This document shows, one piece after another, positions 11,074 through 23,000 of a stretch of DNA of 64,000 bases; the stretch's first letter is position 1, and each line of letters opens with the position of its first letter. This stretch comes from Macrostomum lignano (taxonomy: Eukaryota). The notes under the pieces were generated by a model. It did not search any database and was not told where the DNA came from. It saw nothing but the letters and a program-made list of their open reading frames with translations. Both the position numbers and the translations under genes were made by a program. Where the stretch lies: assembly GCA_002269645.1 (NCBI GenBank), contig NIVC01000592.1:248001-312000 (forward strand), written 5' to 3'.

Positions 11074-14000
11074 CAGTAAAAACCCCAGCCGTCTGTCAGA
11101 GGCCCAGTAGCCAGGCGGTGCGGTGCAGGCAGCCGAGGCCCCACTCGGCCAGCCAGGCGGTGTCACCAGCGGCAAGCGCCGCAAGCAGGTCGGCAACGCA
11201 GCGCCGCGCCAGAGCGACTCCAGCTGCCCCGCCTCCGCCATCGTCCAGTTCATCGAGCTCAGTCAGCACCGGGTCCAGGCAGCGTCGCCGAAGTCGCCTG
11301 CGGGCAACGTCGGCCAGCCGGTCGGCCAGATCGGCGTCCTCGGACAGTGGCCGTCCAGCTAGCAGCTGGCCGAGCAGCCGGCGTGCGGAGCCAAGCCGCT
11401 CGGCCAGCCAGACGGCCGAGGGTCGGCAGGCCAAGCGGGCCAGCAGGTGGAGCATCGGAGCAGCGGTGCCTGCAGCGGGCAGGAGCTCGGCCAGTTGGCA
11501 GCGAAGGCGCCGTCTGTCCCGGACAGTCAAGCGGTCAGCCGCGCTGGCCAACAGAGCGGGCTGGACGACGGTCAGCTCGGCCAGAAGGCGCAGGCGGCAG
11601 TGGACGGTGGCGTCAAGTCGATCGGAGCGGGCCAGGAGCCGCAGGCAGCCGGCCACGCAGGCAGCTGGAGCCGACGGCCCCCCGGCCTGCAGGAGGCAGC
11701 GGGCGGCCAGGCGGGGCTGGCAGGCGGCTGCCGGCGACTCGCCCGGCTTCGGCAGCAGCGAGGCGGCCAGCAGGCGCCGCAGGAGGCAGTCGCGCCAGAC
11801 AGCCTCGGCCGCAGCGCCGGCGTCGGTGTCGGGCAAGCGGCAGTGGGGCAGCAGGAGGCGCCGCTGTGTGGGCTGACTGGCGCGGCGCAGTAGGAATCGG
11901 CAACGCGCCAGACTAAGCGCCAGACGGCGCGGATCGGCGCCAGTCAGCAGCTGGCGCAGCAGACGGGCCCTGACGACCGGCAGGCGGGTGTCGACGAGGC
12001 GGACGGCGATGGCGGCGGCGTCGGAGCTGAGCGGCGCCACGGACTCGAGCTGGCGGCACAGGCGGGCCAGCTGGCGGAAGCGAAGCGCCCTGGACAGGCG
12101 GCCGAGCAGGCGGACGAAGGCGGGCGACTCGGCGAACCAGGAGAGCACGGAGAGCAGCGCCGGGTCGGCGGGCGGCGGCAGCTGGCGCAGGCTGGCGCAA
12201 TGGTCCAGCAGGGCCAGGTGGAAGCCGCGCACTGAGGCCGAGCCGTCAACTGCCGCATCCGGAGTTGTCAATAATGAAGAAGAAGAAGGCTGGAACTGGC
12301 GCAGACTCTCCACGGACAGGTAGGCGAATAGATCTTCTTCATCATTGTCATGCTCAGCCATGAGTCAGCGCGGCAGAAATGTATTATATTGAAATCTATA
12401 TTATAGTCAGACCAGACTAGATATAAGGCTGCACAGGTTGCTTATATATACAGTATATAGAACTCTCTTTATCCAATATCGATCGCTGATTGGCTAGGAG
12501 GGGGGACGAGAGGCAGAATTCTATTTAGGAAGTGTACACTAGAATGTACATTCCCTGCCCCCAACCAGCACAGCCAACGAGTGGGCTCATGAGCTGTCCA
12601 AGAAAAGACGAACAATTAAGCAATTAAAAATTCAATTAAAGTATAAAAATGTTGCTAAAGCAAGCTCAGTGCAGTTAATGGTGCCAGTCAGGAAGGAATC
12701 AGAGTAAATAATGAGTAACAATAGGTAAGACAACACTGAAGGCTCTATGAAACCAATAAGTATAAAACTCTTGAAAATTTTAAAGTTTCCATCTCTAAAA
12801 CAGTGCTCACTGCTCAATTTTCTCAGATCGCAGCCTCAATTGATGCAATTCACTTTAATGATGCTTAAAGCAAAAACCATCCAACCTGAAAGCCTAAGAT
12901 ATCTGATCCCTCTGAGCTTTGGGTCAAAGCATCTGTGCAACTGCAACCCAGCGATTTCCCACATGAGCCGTGACATCTTAGTAATTCCCCCCCCACGAGC
13001 CGTGACATCTTAGTAATTCCCCCCCCACGAGCCGTGACATATTAGCAATTCCCCCCACGAGCCGTGACATCTTAGCAACCCCCCCCCCACGAGCCGTGAC
13101 ATCTTAGCAATCCCCCCCACGAGCCGTGACATCTTAGCAATCACCCCACGAGCCGTGACATCTTAGAAATCCCCCACGAGCCATAACATCTTAGCAATCC
13201 CCCCCACGAGCCATGACATCTTTGCAATCCCCTCCACGAGCCGTGAAATCTTAGCAATTCCCCCCACGAGCCGTGACATCTTAGCAATTCCCCCACGAGC
13301 CGTGACATCTTAGAAATCCCCCACGAGCCATAAAATCTTAGCAATCCCCCCCCCACGAGCCATAACATCTTAGCAATCCCCCCCACGAGCCATGACATCT
13401 TAGCAATCCCCTCCACGAGCCGTGACATCTTAGCAATTCCCCCCACGAGCCGTGACATCTTAGTAATTCCCCCCCCCCCACGAGCCATGACATCTTGGTA
13501 ATCCCCCCACGAGCCGTGACATCTTAGCAACCCCCACGAGCCATAACATCTTAGCAATCACCCACGAGCCGTGACATCTTAGCAATCCCCCACGAGCCGT
13601 GACATCTTAGCAATCCCCCCACGAGCCGTGACATCTTAGCAATCCCCCCGACGAGCCGTGACATCTTAGCAATCCCCCACGAGCCGTGACATCTTAGCAA
13701 TCACCCCACGAGCCATGACATCTTAGCAATCCCCCCACGAGCCGTGACATCTTAGCAACCCCCCCACGAGCCGTGACATCTTAGCAACCCCCCCCCCCAC
13801 GAGCCGTGACATCTTAGCAACCCCCCCCACGAGCCGTGACATCTTAGCAACCCCCCCCCACGAGCCGTGACATCTTAGATTAACCTGCTCTTAACATTGA
13901 AAGCTTATAGTGACGCAGCACAACACTGGATAGGCATGGCACAACAGTTCAAACCTGCACCTTTGTTCGCGTCTGCAATTAAGGTGTTGTCGCAAATAGG

Positions 14001-17000
14001 AAGCGGAGGTGAGGCGGGGATTTCAAATGCTGCAGTCAGCTGATGATGCAAAACAAAGCCAATTTTCAGAGATTTTCAGGGTCTCTATAGTAACTCACCT
14101 TCACATTGGTGTAGGCATTTCCAACTTTCTCCTCGAACGATTTAAACGCGTTAGAATTGCGCATTGATGACCATTTCTGCGAGAAGCTGTTGGCCATGCT
14201 GTGCGTGAGCTCTGAGGTCCGCTCCTTGGCGCCCTTGGCCGCGCTGGCCGTGCGCTGGTACCTGCCGGGTTCAGGTAAACACATTTAGTTATTGCAGCTG
14301 GCTTCTCCCGTCTGAAACATTGCTGACAGTAGAACCTAAATCAAACGTCGGGGGCTCGATTCCGGGGTTAACGGTGAGATATTCAGAGCCTTCTGTCTTC
14401 CTGTCTTCCTTCCTTCTTTCCCTTCCTTCCTTTCCTTCCTTCCCTCCCTCCTTCCTTTCTTTCTTCTTTCCTTCCTTTCCCTCCTTCCTTTCTTCTTTCC
14501 TTCCTTCCTTTCCTTCCTTCCTTCCTTCCTTCCTTTCCTTCCTTCCTTCCTTCCTTCCTTCTTTTCCTTCCTTCCTTTCCTTCCTTCCTTCCTTCCTTCC
14601 TTCCTTCCTTCCTTCCTTCCTTCCTTCCTTCTTTTCCTTCCTTCTTTTCCTTCCTTCCTTCCTTTCCTTCCTTTCCTTCCTTCCTTCCTTCCTTTCCTTC
14701 CTTCCTTCCTTCCTTCCTTCCTTCCTTCCTTCCTTCTTTTCCTTCCTTCTTTTCCTTCCTTCCTTCCTTTCCTTCCTTCCTTCCTTCCTTCCTTTCCTTC
14801 CTTCCTTCCTTCCTTCCTTTCCTTCCTTCCTTCCTTCCTTCCTTTCCTTCCTTCCTTTCTTTCCTTCCTTTCCTTCCTTTCCTTCCTTCCTTCCTTCCTT
14901 TCCTTCCTTCCCTCCCCTTCCTTCCTTTTCTTTCTTTCTTCTTTTCCTTCCTTTCCTTCCTTCCTTTCCTTCCTTCCTTCCTTCCTTTCCTTCCTTCCTT
15001 CCTTCCTTCCTTTCCTTCCTTCCTTCCTTTCCTTCCTTTCCTTCCTTCCTTCCTTCCTTCCTTTCCTTCCTTCCTTCCTTCCTTTCCTTCCTTCCTTCCT
15101 TCCTTCCTTCCTTCCTTCCTTCCTTTCTTTCTTTCTTCTTTCATTCCTTTCTTCCTTCCTTTCCTTCCTTCCTTCCTTTCCTTCCTTCCTTTCTTTCCTT
15201 CCTTTCCTTCCTTTCCTTCCTTCCTTCCTTCCTTTCCTTCCTTCCTTCCCTCCCTCCTTCCTTTCTTTCTTTCTTCTTTCCTTCCTTTCCTTCCTTCCTT
15301 CCTTGCTTTCCTTCCTTCCTTCCTTCCTTCCTTCATTTCCTTCCTTCCTTCCTTTCCTTCCTTCCCTTCCCTTCCTTTCCTTTCCTTCCTTCCTTCCTTC
15401 CTTCCTTCCTTCCTTCCTTTCCTTTCCTTCCTTCCTCCCTTCCTTTCCTTTCCTTTCCTTCCTTTCCTTCCTTCCTTTCTTTCTTTCTTCTTTCATTCCT
15501 TTCCTTCCTTCCTTTCCTTTCCTTCCTTCCCTTCCCTTCCTTTCCTTCCTTCCTTTCCTTCCTTTCCTTCCTTCCTTCCTTCTTTCCTTTCCTTCCTTCC
15601 CTTCCCTTCCTTCCTTCCTTCCTTCCTTCCTTCCTTCCTTTCCTTCCTTCCTTTCTTTCCTTCCTTTCCTTCCTTCCTTCCTTCCTTTCCTTTCCTTCCT
15701 TCCTTTCCTTCCTTTCCTTCCTTCCTTCCTTTCCTTCCTTCCTTCCTTCCTTCCTTCCTTTCCTTCCTTCCTTCCTTTCCTTCCTTCCTTCCTTCCTTCC
15801 TTCCTTCCTTTCCTTCCTTTCCTTCCTTCCCTTCCTTCCCTTCCTTCCCTTCCTTCCTTCCTTCCTTCCTTTCCTTCCTTCCTTCCTTCCTTCCTTCCTT
15901 TCCTTCCTTCCTTCCTTCCTTCCTTCTTTTCCTTCCTTCCTTTCCTTCCTTCCTTCCTTCCTTCCTTCCTTCCTTCCTTCCTTCCTTCCTTCCTTCCTTC
16001 TTTTCCTTCCTTCTTTTCCTTCCTTCCTTCCTTTCCTTCCTTTCCTTCCTTCCTTCCTTCCTTTCCTTCCTTCCTTCCTTCCTTCCTTCCTTCCTTCCTT
16101 CCTTCTTTTCCTTCCTTCTTTTCCTTCCTTCCTTCCTTTCCTTCCTTCCTTCCTTCCTTCCTTTCCTTCCTTCCTTCCTTCCTTCCTTTCCTTCCTTCCT
16201 TCTTTCCTTCCTTTCCTTCCTTCCTTTCTTTCCTTCCTTTCCTTCCTTTCCTTCCTTCCTTCCTTCCTTTCCTTCCTTCCCTCCCTCCTTCCTTTCTTTC
16301 TTTCTTCTTTCCTTCCTTTCCTTCCTTCCTTTCCTTCCTTCCTTCCTTCCTTTCCTTCCTTCCTTCCTTCCTTCCTTTCCTTCCTTCCTTCCTTTCCTTC
16401 CTTTCCTTCCTTCCTTCCTTCCTTCCTTTCCTTCCTTCCTTCCTTCCTTTCCTTCCTTCCTTCCTTCCTTCCTTCCTTCCTTCCTTCCTTTCTTTCTTTC
16501 TTCTTTCATTCCTTTCTTCCTTCCTTTCCTTCCTTCCTTCCTTTCCTTCCTTCCTTTCTTTCCTTCCTTTCCTTCCTTTCCTTCCTTCCTTCCTTCCTTT
16601 CCTTCCTTCCTTCCCTCCCTCCTTCCTTTCTTTCTTTCTTCTTTCCTTCCTTTCCTTCCTTCCTTCCTTGCTTTCCTTCCTTCCTTCCTTCCTTCCTTCA
16701 TTTCCTTCCTTCCTTCCTTTCCTTCCTTCCCTTCCCTTCCTTTCCTTTCCTTCCTTCCTTCCTTCCTTCCTTCCTTCCTTCCTTCCTTTCCTTTCCTTCC
16801 TTCCTCCCTTCCTTTCCTTTCCTTTCCTTCCTTTCCTTCCTTCCTTTCTTTCTTTCTTCTTTCATTCCTTTCCTTCCTTCCTTTCCTTTCCTTCCTTCCC
16901 TTCCCTTCCTTTCCTTCCTTCCTTTCCTTCCTTTCCTTCCTTCCTTCCTTCTTTCCTTTCCTTCCTTCCCTTCCCTTCCTTCCTTCCTTCCTTCCTTCCT

Positions 17001-20000
17001 TCCTTCCTTTCCTTCCTTCCTTTCTTTCCTTCCTTTCCTTCCTTCCTTCCTTCCTTTCCTTTCCTTCCTTCCTTTCCTTCCTTTCCTTCCTTCCTTCCTT
17101 TCCTTCCTTCCTTCCTTCCTTCCTTCCTTTCCTTCCTTCCTTCCTTTCCTTCCTTCCTTCCTTCCTTCCTTCCTTCCTTTCCTTCCTTTCCTTCCTTCCC
17201 TTCCTTCCCTTCCTTCCTTCCTTCCTTCCTTTCCTTCCTTCCTTCCTTCCTTCCTTCCTTTCCTTCCTTCCTTCCTTCCTTCCTTCCTTCCTTCCTTCCT
17301 TCCTTCCTTCCTTCCTTCCTTCCTTCCCTTCCTTCCTTCCTTCCTTCCTTCCTTCCTTCCTTCCTTCCTTCCTTCTTTCCTTCCTTCCTTCCTTCCTTTC
17401 CTTCCTTCCTTCCTTCCTTTCCTTCCTTCCTGCTACTTCTGAAAATTCGCCTGTTAAAAAGGCAACCAAACGCAGATATTCAATAGCCTACTGCTAGTAG
17501 GCAACACGAGATACTATGCGCTTTTTAAAACAAAATAAAAAGCAAAAAAATTGAAGTCGAATGCTGCTGTGAGCTCAGTGGCGGAACCGGGTCAGATGGG
17601 AATCGAGGAGGAGGAGGGGCAATAAAAATGGGGGAGGGGGCGGGGGACTCTCATGGGAAGCAGTGGGGCAGAAGTTCAAACAAGTGTTAGGGGAAAAAGA
17701 GGTCCAGTGAAAAGGGAGCGAACGGAGCAGAAATGGGAGCTCAAGGGCTGGCAGCGGGACAAAAACTAGGGCTGCAAAAAATGGGTTCGCTGTGAATCCG
17801 ATTTTGTGAAACAAAATTATTGGCTAATTGTGATTGCGGCAAAGACCTGGCAAAGTGCAATTTACTCTTCTCTCAGCGCGTGTCAGATTTCTAAGGGGTT
17901 CAGGTTTGGGATCCTAGTACTCGTAGATATTAAGGGCGATTCCTCAGCACAGGCTCAGGGGCGATTTTTCGAGATAGGCTCAGGGGCGATTCTTCAGGAC
18001 AGGCTCAGGGGTGATTCTTCAGGACAGGTTCAGGGGCGATTCCTCAGGACAGGTTCAGGGGCGATTCCTCAGGACAGGCTCAGGGGCGATTCTTCAGGAC
18101 AGATTCGGGGCGATTCTTCAGGACAGGCTCAGGGGCAATTCTTCAGTACAGGTTCAGGGGCGATTCCTCAGGACAGGTTCAGGGGCGATTTCTCAGGACA
18201 GGCTCAGGGGCGATTCTTCAGGACAGGTTCAGGGGCGATTCTTCAGGACAGATTCAGGGGCGATTCTTCAGGACAGGTTCAGGGGCGATTCTACAGGACA
18301 GGTTCAGGGGCGATTCTTCAGGACAGGCTCAGGAGCGATTCCTCAGGGTAGGTTCAGGAGCGATTCCTCAGGACAGGTTCAGGAGCGATTCCTCAGGGCA
18401 GGTTCAGGGATTTCTCAGGGCAGATTCAGGATGACTCCCCAGGATTCAAGCTTGAAACTTAATCTGTCAGTTGCCAACGACTGACAGCCGCAGGCGAGTT
18501 CAGCTCACGTGTCAGACTCCTTCCAGTGCTGCAGGGAGCTGCGCAGCTCGCCAAACACGGTGATGCCCAGCTTCCGTTTCAAATCGTTGGCGTGCCGGAT
18601 CTTCGACGACAGCACCTGGCGGAGCGTCTGGATCTCCTCCTCTGTCTGCAGGCAAGCGAGAGGGTGGGAATAGCAGTGAGAATACCGGACATAAACTATG
18701 CAGATTTGGCTCTTTGTGACCACCTGGATACATTCCAGTTATCCTCTATGACCAAATATGGAGAATTCATACCTTTCCATAACACACTGAGGAGAATTCA
18801 TACCCTCCGTAACACACTGGGGAGAATTCATACCCTCCATAACACACTTGAGGAGAATTCATACCCTCCATGACACACTTGAGGAGAATTCATACCCTCC
18901 ATAACACACTGAGGAGAATTCATACCATCCATAACACACTGGGGAGAATTCATACCCTCCATAACACACTGAGGAGAATTTATACCCTCCATAACACACT
19001 GGGGAGAATTCATACCCTCCATAACATACTAAGGAGAATTCATACCCTCCATAACACACTGAGGAGAATTCATACCCTCCATAACACACTGAGGAGAATT
19101 CATATCCTCCATAACACACTGAGGAGAATTCATACCCTCCATAACACACTGAGGAGAATTCATACCCTCCATAACACACTGAGGAGAATTCATACCCTCC
19201 ATAACACACTGAGGAGAATTTATACCATCCATAATACACTGAGGAGAATTCATACCCTCCATAACACACTGGGGAGAATTCATACCCTCCATAACACACT
19301 GAGGAGAATTCATACCCTCCATAACACACTGGGGAGAATTCATACCCTCCATGACACACTTGAGGAGAATTCATACCCTCCATAACACACTTAAGGAGAA
19401 TTCATACCCTCCATGACACACTTGAGGAGAATTCATACCCTCCATGACACACTTGAGGAGAATTCATACCCTCCATAACACACTGAGGAGAATTCATACC
19501 ATCCATAACACACTGGGGAGAATTCATACCCTCCATAACACACTGAGGAGAATTTATACCCTCCATAACACACTGGGGAAAATTCATACCCTCCATAACA
19601 TACTAAGGAGAATTCATACCCTCCGTGATTACCTGAGAAGTGAGGTTATCCACTGTATCCACTGCCTTAGTAGATAAGGGCATAACCACCTAGAGAATCC
19701 AGACCTTTTGTGAGGAAGTTCTTACACGCGGGCAAGCATCAGGTACAAGACAATGACGAAATGAATAACCAAGAGGACCAAGCGGCACGAATATATTAAG
19801 GCAAACACGTCACAAAAGAAGTCAGGGCAGAAGCATGAAAAAATAAAATATTGGCATAAAGCACCAGCAGGAGCAGCTGAAGGAGAAAGACGGACGGTTG
19901 TAAAGCGGACCAAACTAATCTCCCTCCTCTGCTCTCCCTACGGTCCACTTCCCGGGTCCAGCAATTTTCCCTCAATTCGCTCCAAGCCGCACACAGACCG

Positions 20001-23000
20001 AGAGAAAAATGGGAAAACGGGGGAGTGAAAGCCAAGGAGAGAAAACGAGCCACCCCTCGTGCGGTAGGGAGGATTTGTCCGCTGTAAAATGGGATTTTAA
20101 AATCTGTTCACTGTGCCATTTTTGTCCCAACTTCAGTTTCTTATTTTCCTATTGTAGCTTAGCTTTAAAATTTGTATATACGAATACGCCTGCAAAGTGA
20201 ATTACGCAACATATCGGAAAAAAATAACATTGCAGTTTTCAGTCTACTAAAGCAAAGTCATTGAGATTTTAAGTCATTCAGAAGCTAGAATAGATCAGGC
20301 TTAGCTAATCTAGAGACTAGAATAGAGCAGGCTTAGCTAATCTAGAGGCTAGAATAAATCAGTCAGCTAATCTAGAGACTAGAATAGAAGATCAGCCTTA
20401 GCTAATCTAGAGGCTAGAATAAATCAGTCTTAGCTAATCTAGAGACTAGAATAGAAGATCAGCCTTAGCTAATCTAGAGACTAGAATAAATCAGTCTTAG
20501 CTAATCTAGAGGCTAGAATAAATCAGTCTTAGCTAATCTAGAGACTAGAATAAATCAGTCTTAGCTAATCTAGAGACTAGAATAAATCAGTCTTAGCTAA
20601 TCTAGAGACTAGAATAAATCAGTCTTAGCTAATCTAGAGGCTAGAATAAATCAGTCTTAGCTAATCTAGAGACTAGAATAGAAGATCAGCCTTAGCTAAT
20701 CTAGAGTCTAGAATAAATCAGTCTTAGCTAATCTAGAGACTAGAATAGAAGATCAGCCTTAGCTAATCTAGAGACTAGAATAAATCAGTCTTAGCTAATC
20801 TAGAGGCTAGAATAAATCAGTCTTAGCTAATCTAGAGACTAGAATAAATCAGTCTTAGCTAATCTAGAGACTAGAATAAATCAGTCTTAGCTAATCTAGA
20901 GGCTAGAATAAATCAGTCTTAGCTAATCTAGAGACTAGAATAGAAGATCAGCCTTAGCTAATCTAGAGACTAGAATAAATCAGTCTTAGCTAATCTAGAT
21001 GCTAGAATAGATAAATCAGGCTTAGCTTATCTAGATGCTAGAATAGATAAATCAGGCTTAGCTTATCTAGAGGCTAGAATAGATAAATCAGGCTTAGCTT
21101 ATCTAGAGGCTAGAATAGATAAATCAGGCTTAGCTTATCTAGAGGCTAGAATAGATAAATCAGGCTTAGCTTATCTAAAGGCTAGAATAGATAAATCAGG
21201 CTTAGCTAATCTAGATGCTAGAATAGATAAATCAGGCTTAGCTTATCTAAGAGGCTAGAATAGATAAATCAGACTTAGCTAATCTAGATGCTAGAATAGA
21301 TAAATCAGGCTTAGCTTATCTAGAGGCTAGAATAGATAAATCAGGCTTAGCTTATCTAAAGGCTAGAATAGATAAATCAGGCTTAGCTTATCTAGAGGCT
21401 AGAATAGATAAATCAGGCTTAGCTTATCTAGAGGCTAGAATAGATAAATCAGGCTTAGCTTATCTAAAGGCTAGAATAGATAAATCAGGCTTAGCTAATC
21501 TAGAGACTAGAATAAATCAGTCTTAGCTAATCTAGATGTTAGAATAGATAAATCAGCCTTAGCTAATCTAGAGACTAGAATAAATCAGTCTTAGATAATC
21601 TAGATGCTAGAATAGATAAATCAGGCTTAGCTTATCTAGAGGCTAGAATAGATAAATCAGGCTTAGCTTATCTAAAGGCTAGAATAGATAAATCAGGCTT
21701 AGCTAATCTAGATGCTAGAATAGATAAATCAGGCTTAGCTTATCTAAGAGGCTAGAATAGATAAATCAGACTTAGCTAATCTAGATGCTAGAATAGATAA
21801 ATCAGGCTTAGCTTATCTAGAGGCTAGAATAGATAAATCAGGCTTAGCTTATCTAAAGGCTAGAATAGATAAATCAGGCTTAGCTTATCTAAAGGCTAGA
21901 ATAGATAAATCAGGCTTAGCTAATCTAGATGCTAGAATAGATAAATCAGGCTTAGCTTATCTAAGAGGCTAGAATAGATAAATCAGACTTAGCTAATCTA
22001 GATGCTAGAATAGATAAATCAGGCTTAGCTTATCTAGAGGCTAGAATAGATAAATCAGGCTTAGCTTATCTAAAGGCTAGAATAGATAAATCAGGCTTAG
22101 CTTATCTAAAGGCTAGAATAGATAAATCAGACTTAGCTAATCTAGAGGCTAGAATAGATAAATCAGGCTTAGCTAATCTAGAGACTAGAATAGATCAGCC
22201 TTAGCTAATCTAGAGACTAGAATAGATCAGTCTTAGCTAATCTAGAGACTAGAATAGAGCAGGCTTAGCTTATCTAGAGGCTAGAATAGATAAATCAGGC
22301 TTAGCTAATCTAGAGACTAGAATAGATCAGTCTTAGCTAATCTAGAGGCTAGAGTAGAGCAGGCTTCACTAATTTAGAGGCTAAATAGATCAGGTCTATT
22401 GAATGTCGCTTTTAGTTAATAGAGCCTCTTTAATTCTTTGATTAAACTTCATCTTCATTGCATGTCCTTACCTTTTCGTACAAATCTTCAAATTTTAACT
22501 ATTTTCGATATTTTAATAAGAGTGGCACTATTAAAATAGAATGCAGACACAAACAATTGTTCACTTTAATCTTGCCGCCACAGACTAGATGCTCCAGACA
22601 GAAATCGCAGACTTGTGTCTCCGATCCCCTTCCTCAGACTGAAGCGACAGAGCGCGAAGGAACCGGGTGAAGAATGGAAACCCGGCCGGAAAGCAGTTTA
22701 GAGGCAAATGAAAGCCAACCTTAAGTCCAAGTGGATTAGCCTGCCCATTAATCCGTTCTGTCGGGTCTTCAGTGAATATATTCTGCATCAATAATTCACC
22801 GCTCAGACCGACCTCTCCGACCTCCCCTCCGAGGCGGAGGTACACTTCAAGAAACAGCTAGCCTTCTTATCGTTTATACCGTATTGTAGAGCCGGAAGCC
22901 AATTATTAGCCAGAGCAATATGGCACAATAATAAAGCATTTCAATGATAAAATTGACAAGATCAGTCCATATTGAACTGGGACACAGACTCGAACTCCGA

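Noticed and set aside
11118-12323. Multiple plus-strand and alternate-frame ORFs over the nested gene
   Set aside because: Shadows of a GC-rich CDS; only the 11096-12361 minus frame has a proper start, stop and protein-like composition.
14320-17486. 1040-aa F/L/P/S and 658-aa K/E/G/R ORFs
   Set aside because: Translations of (CTTC)n lying inside a TPD52 intron.
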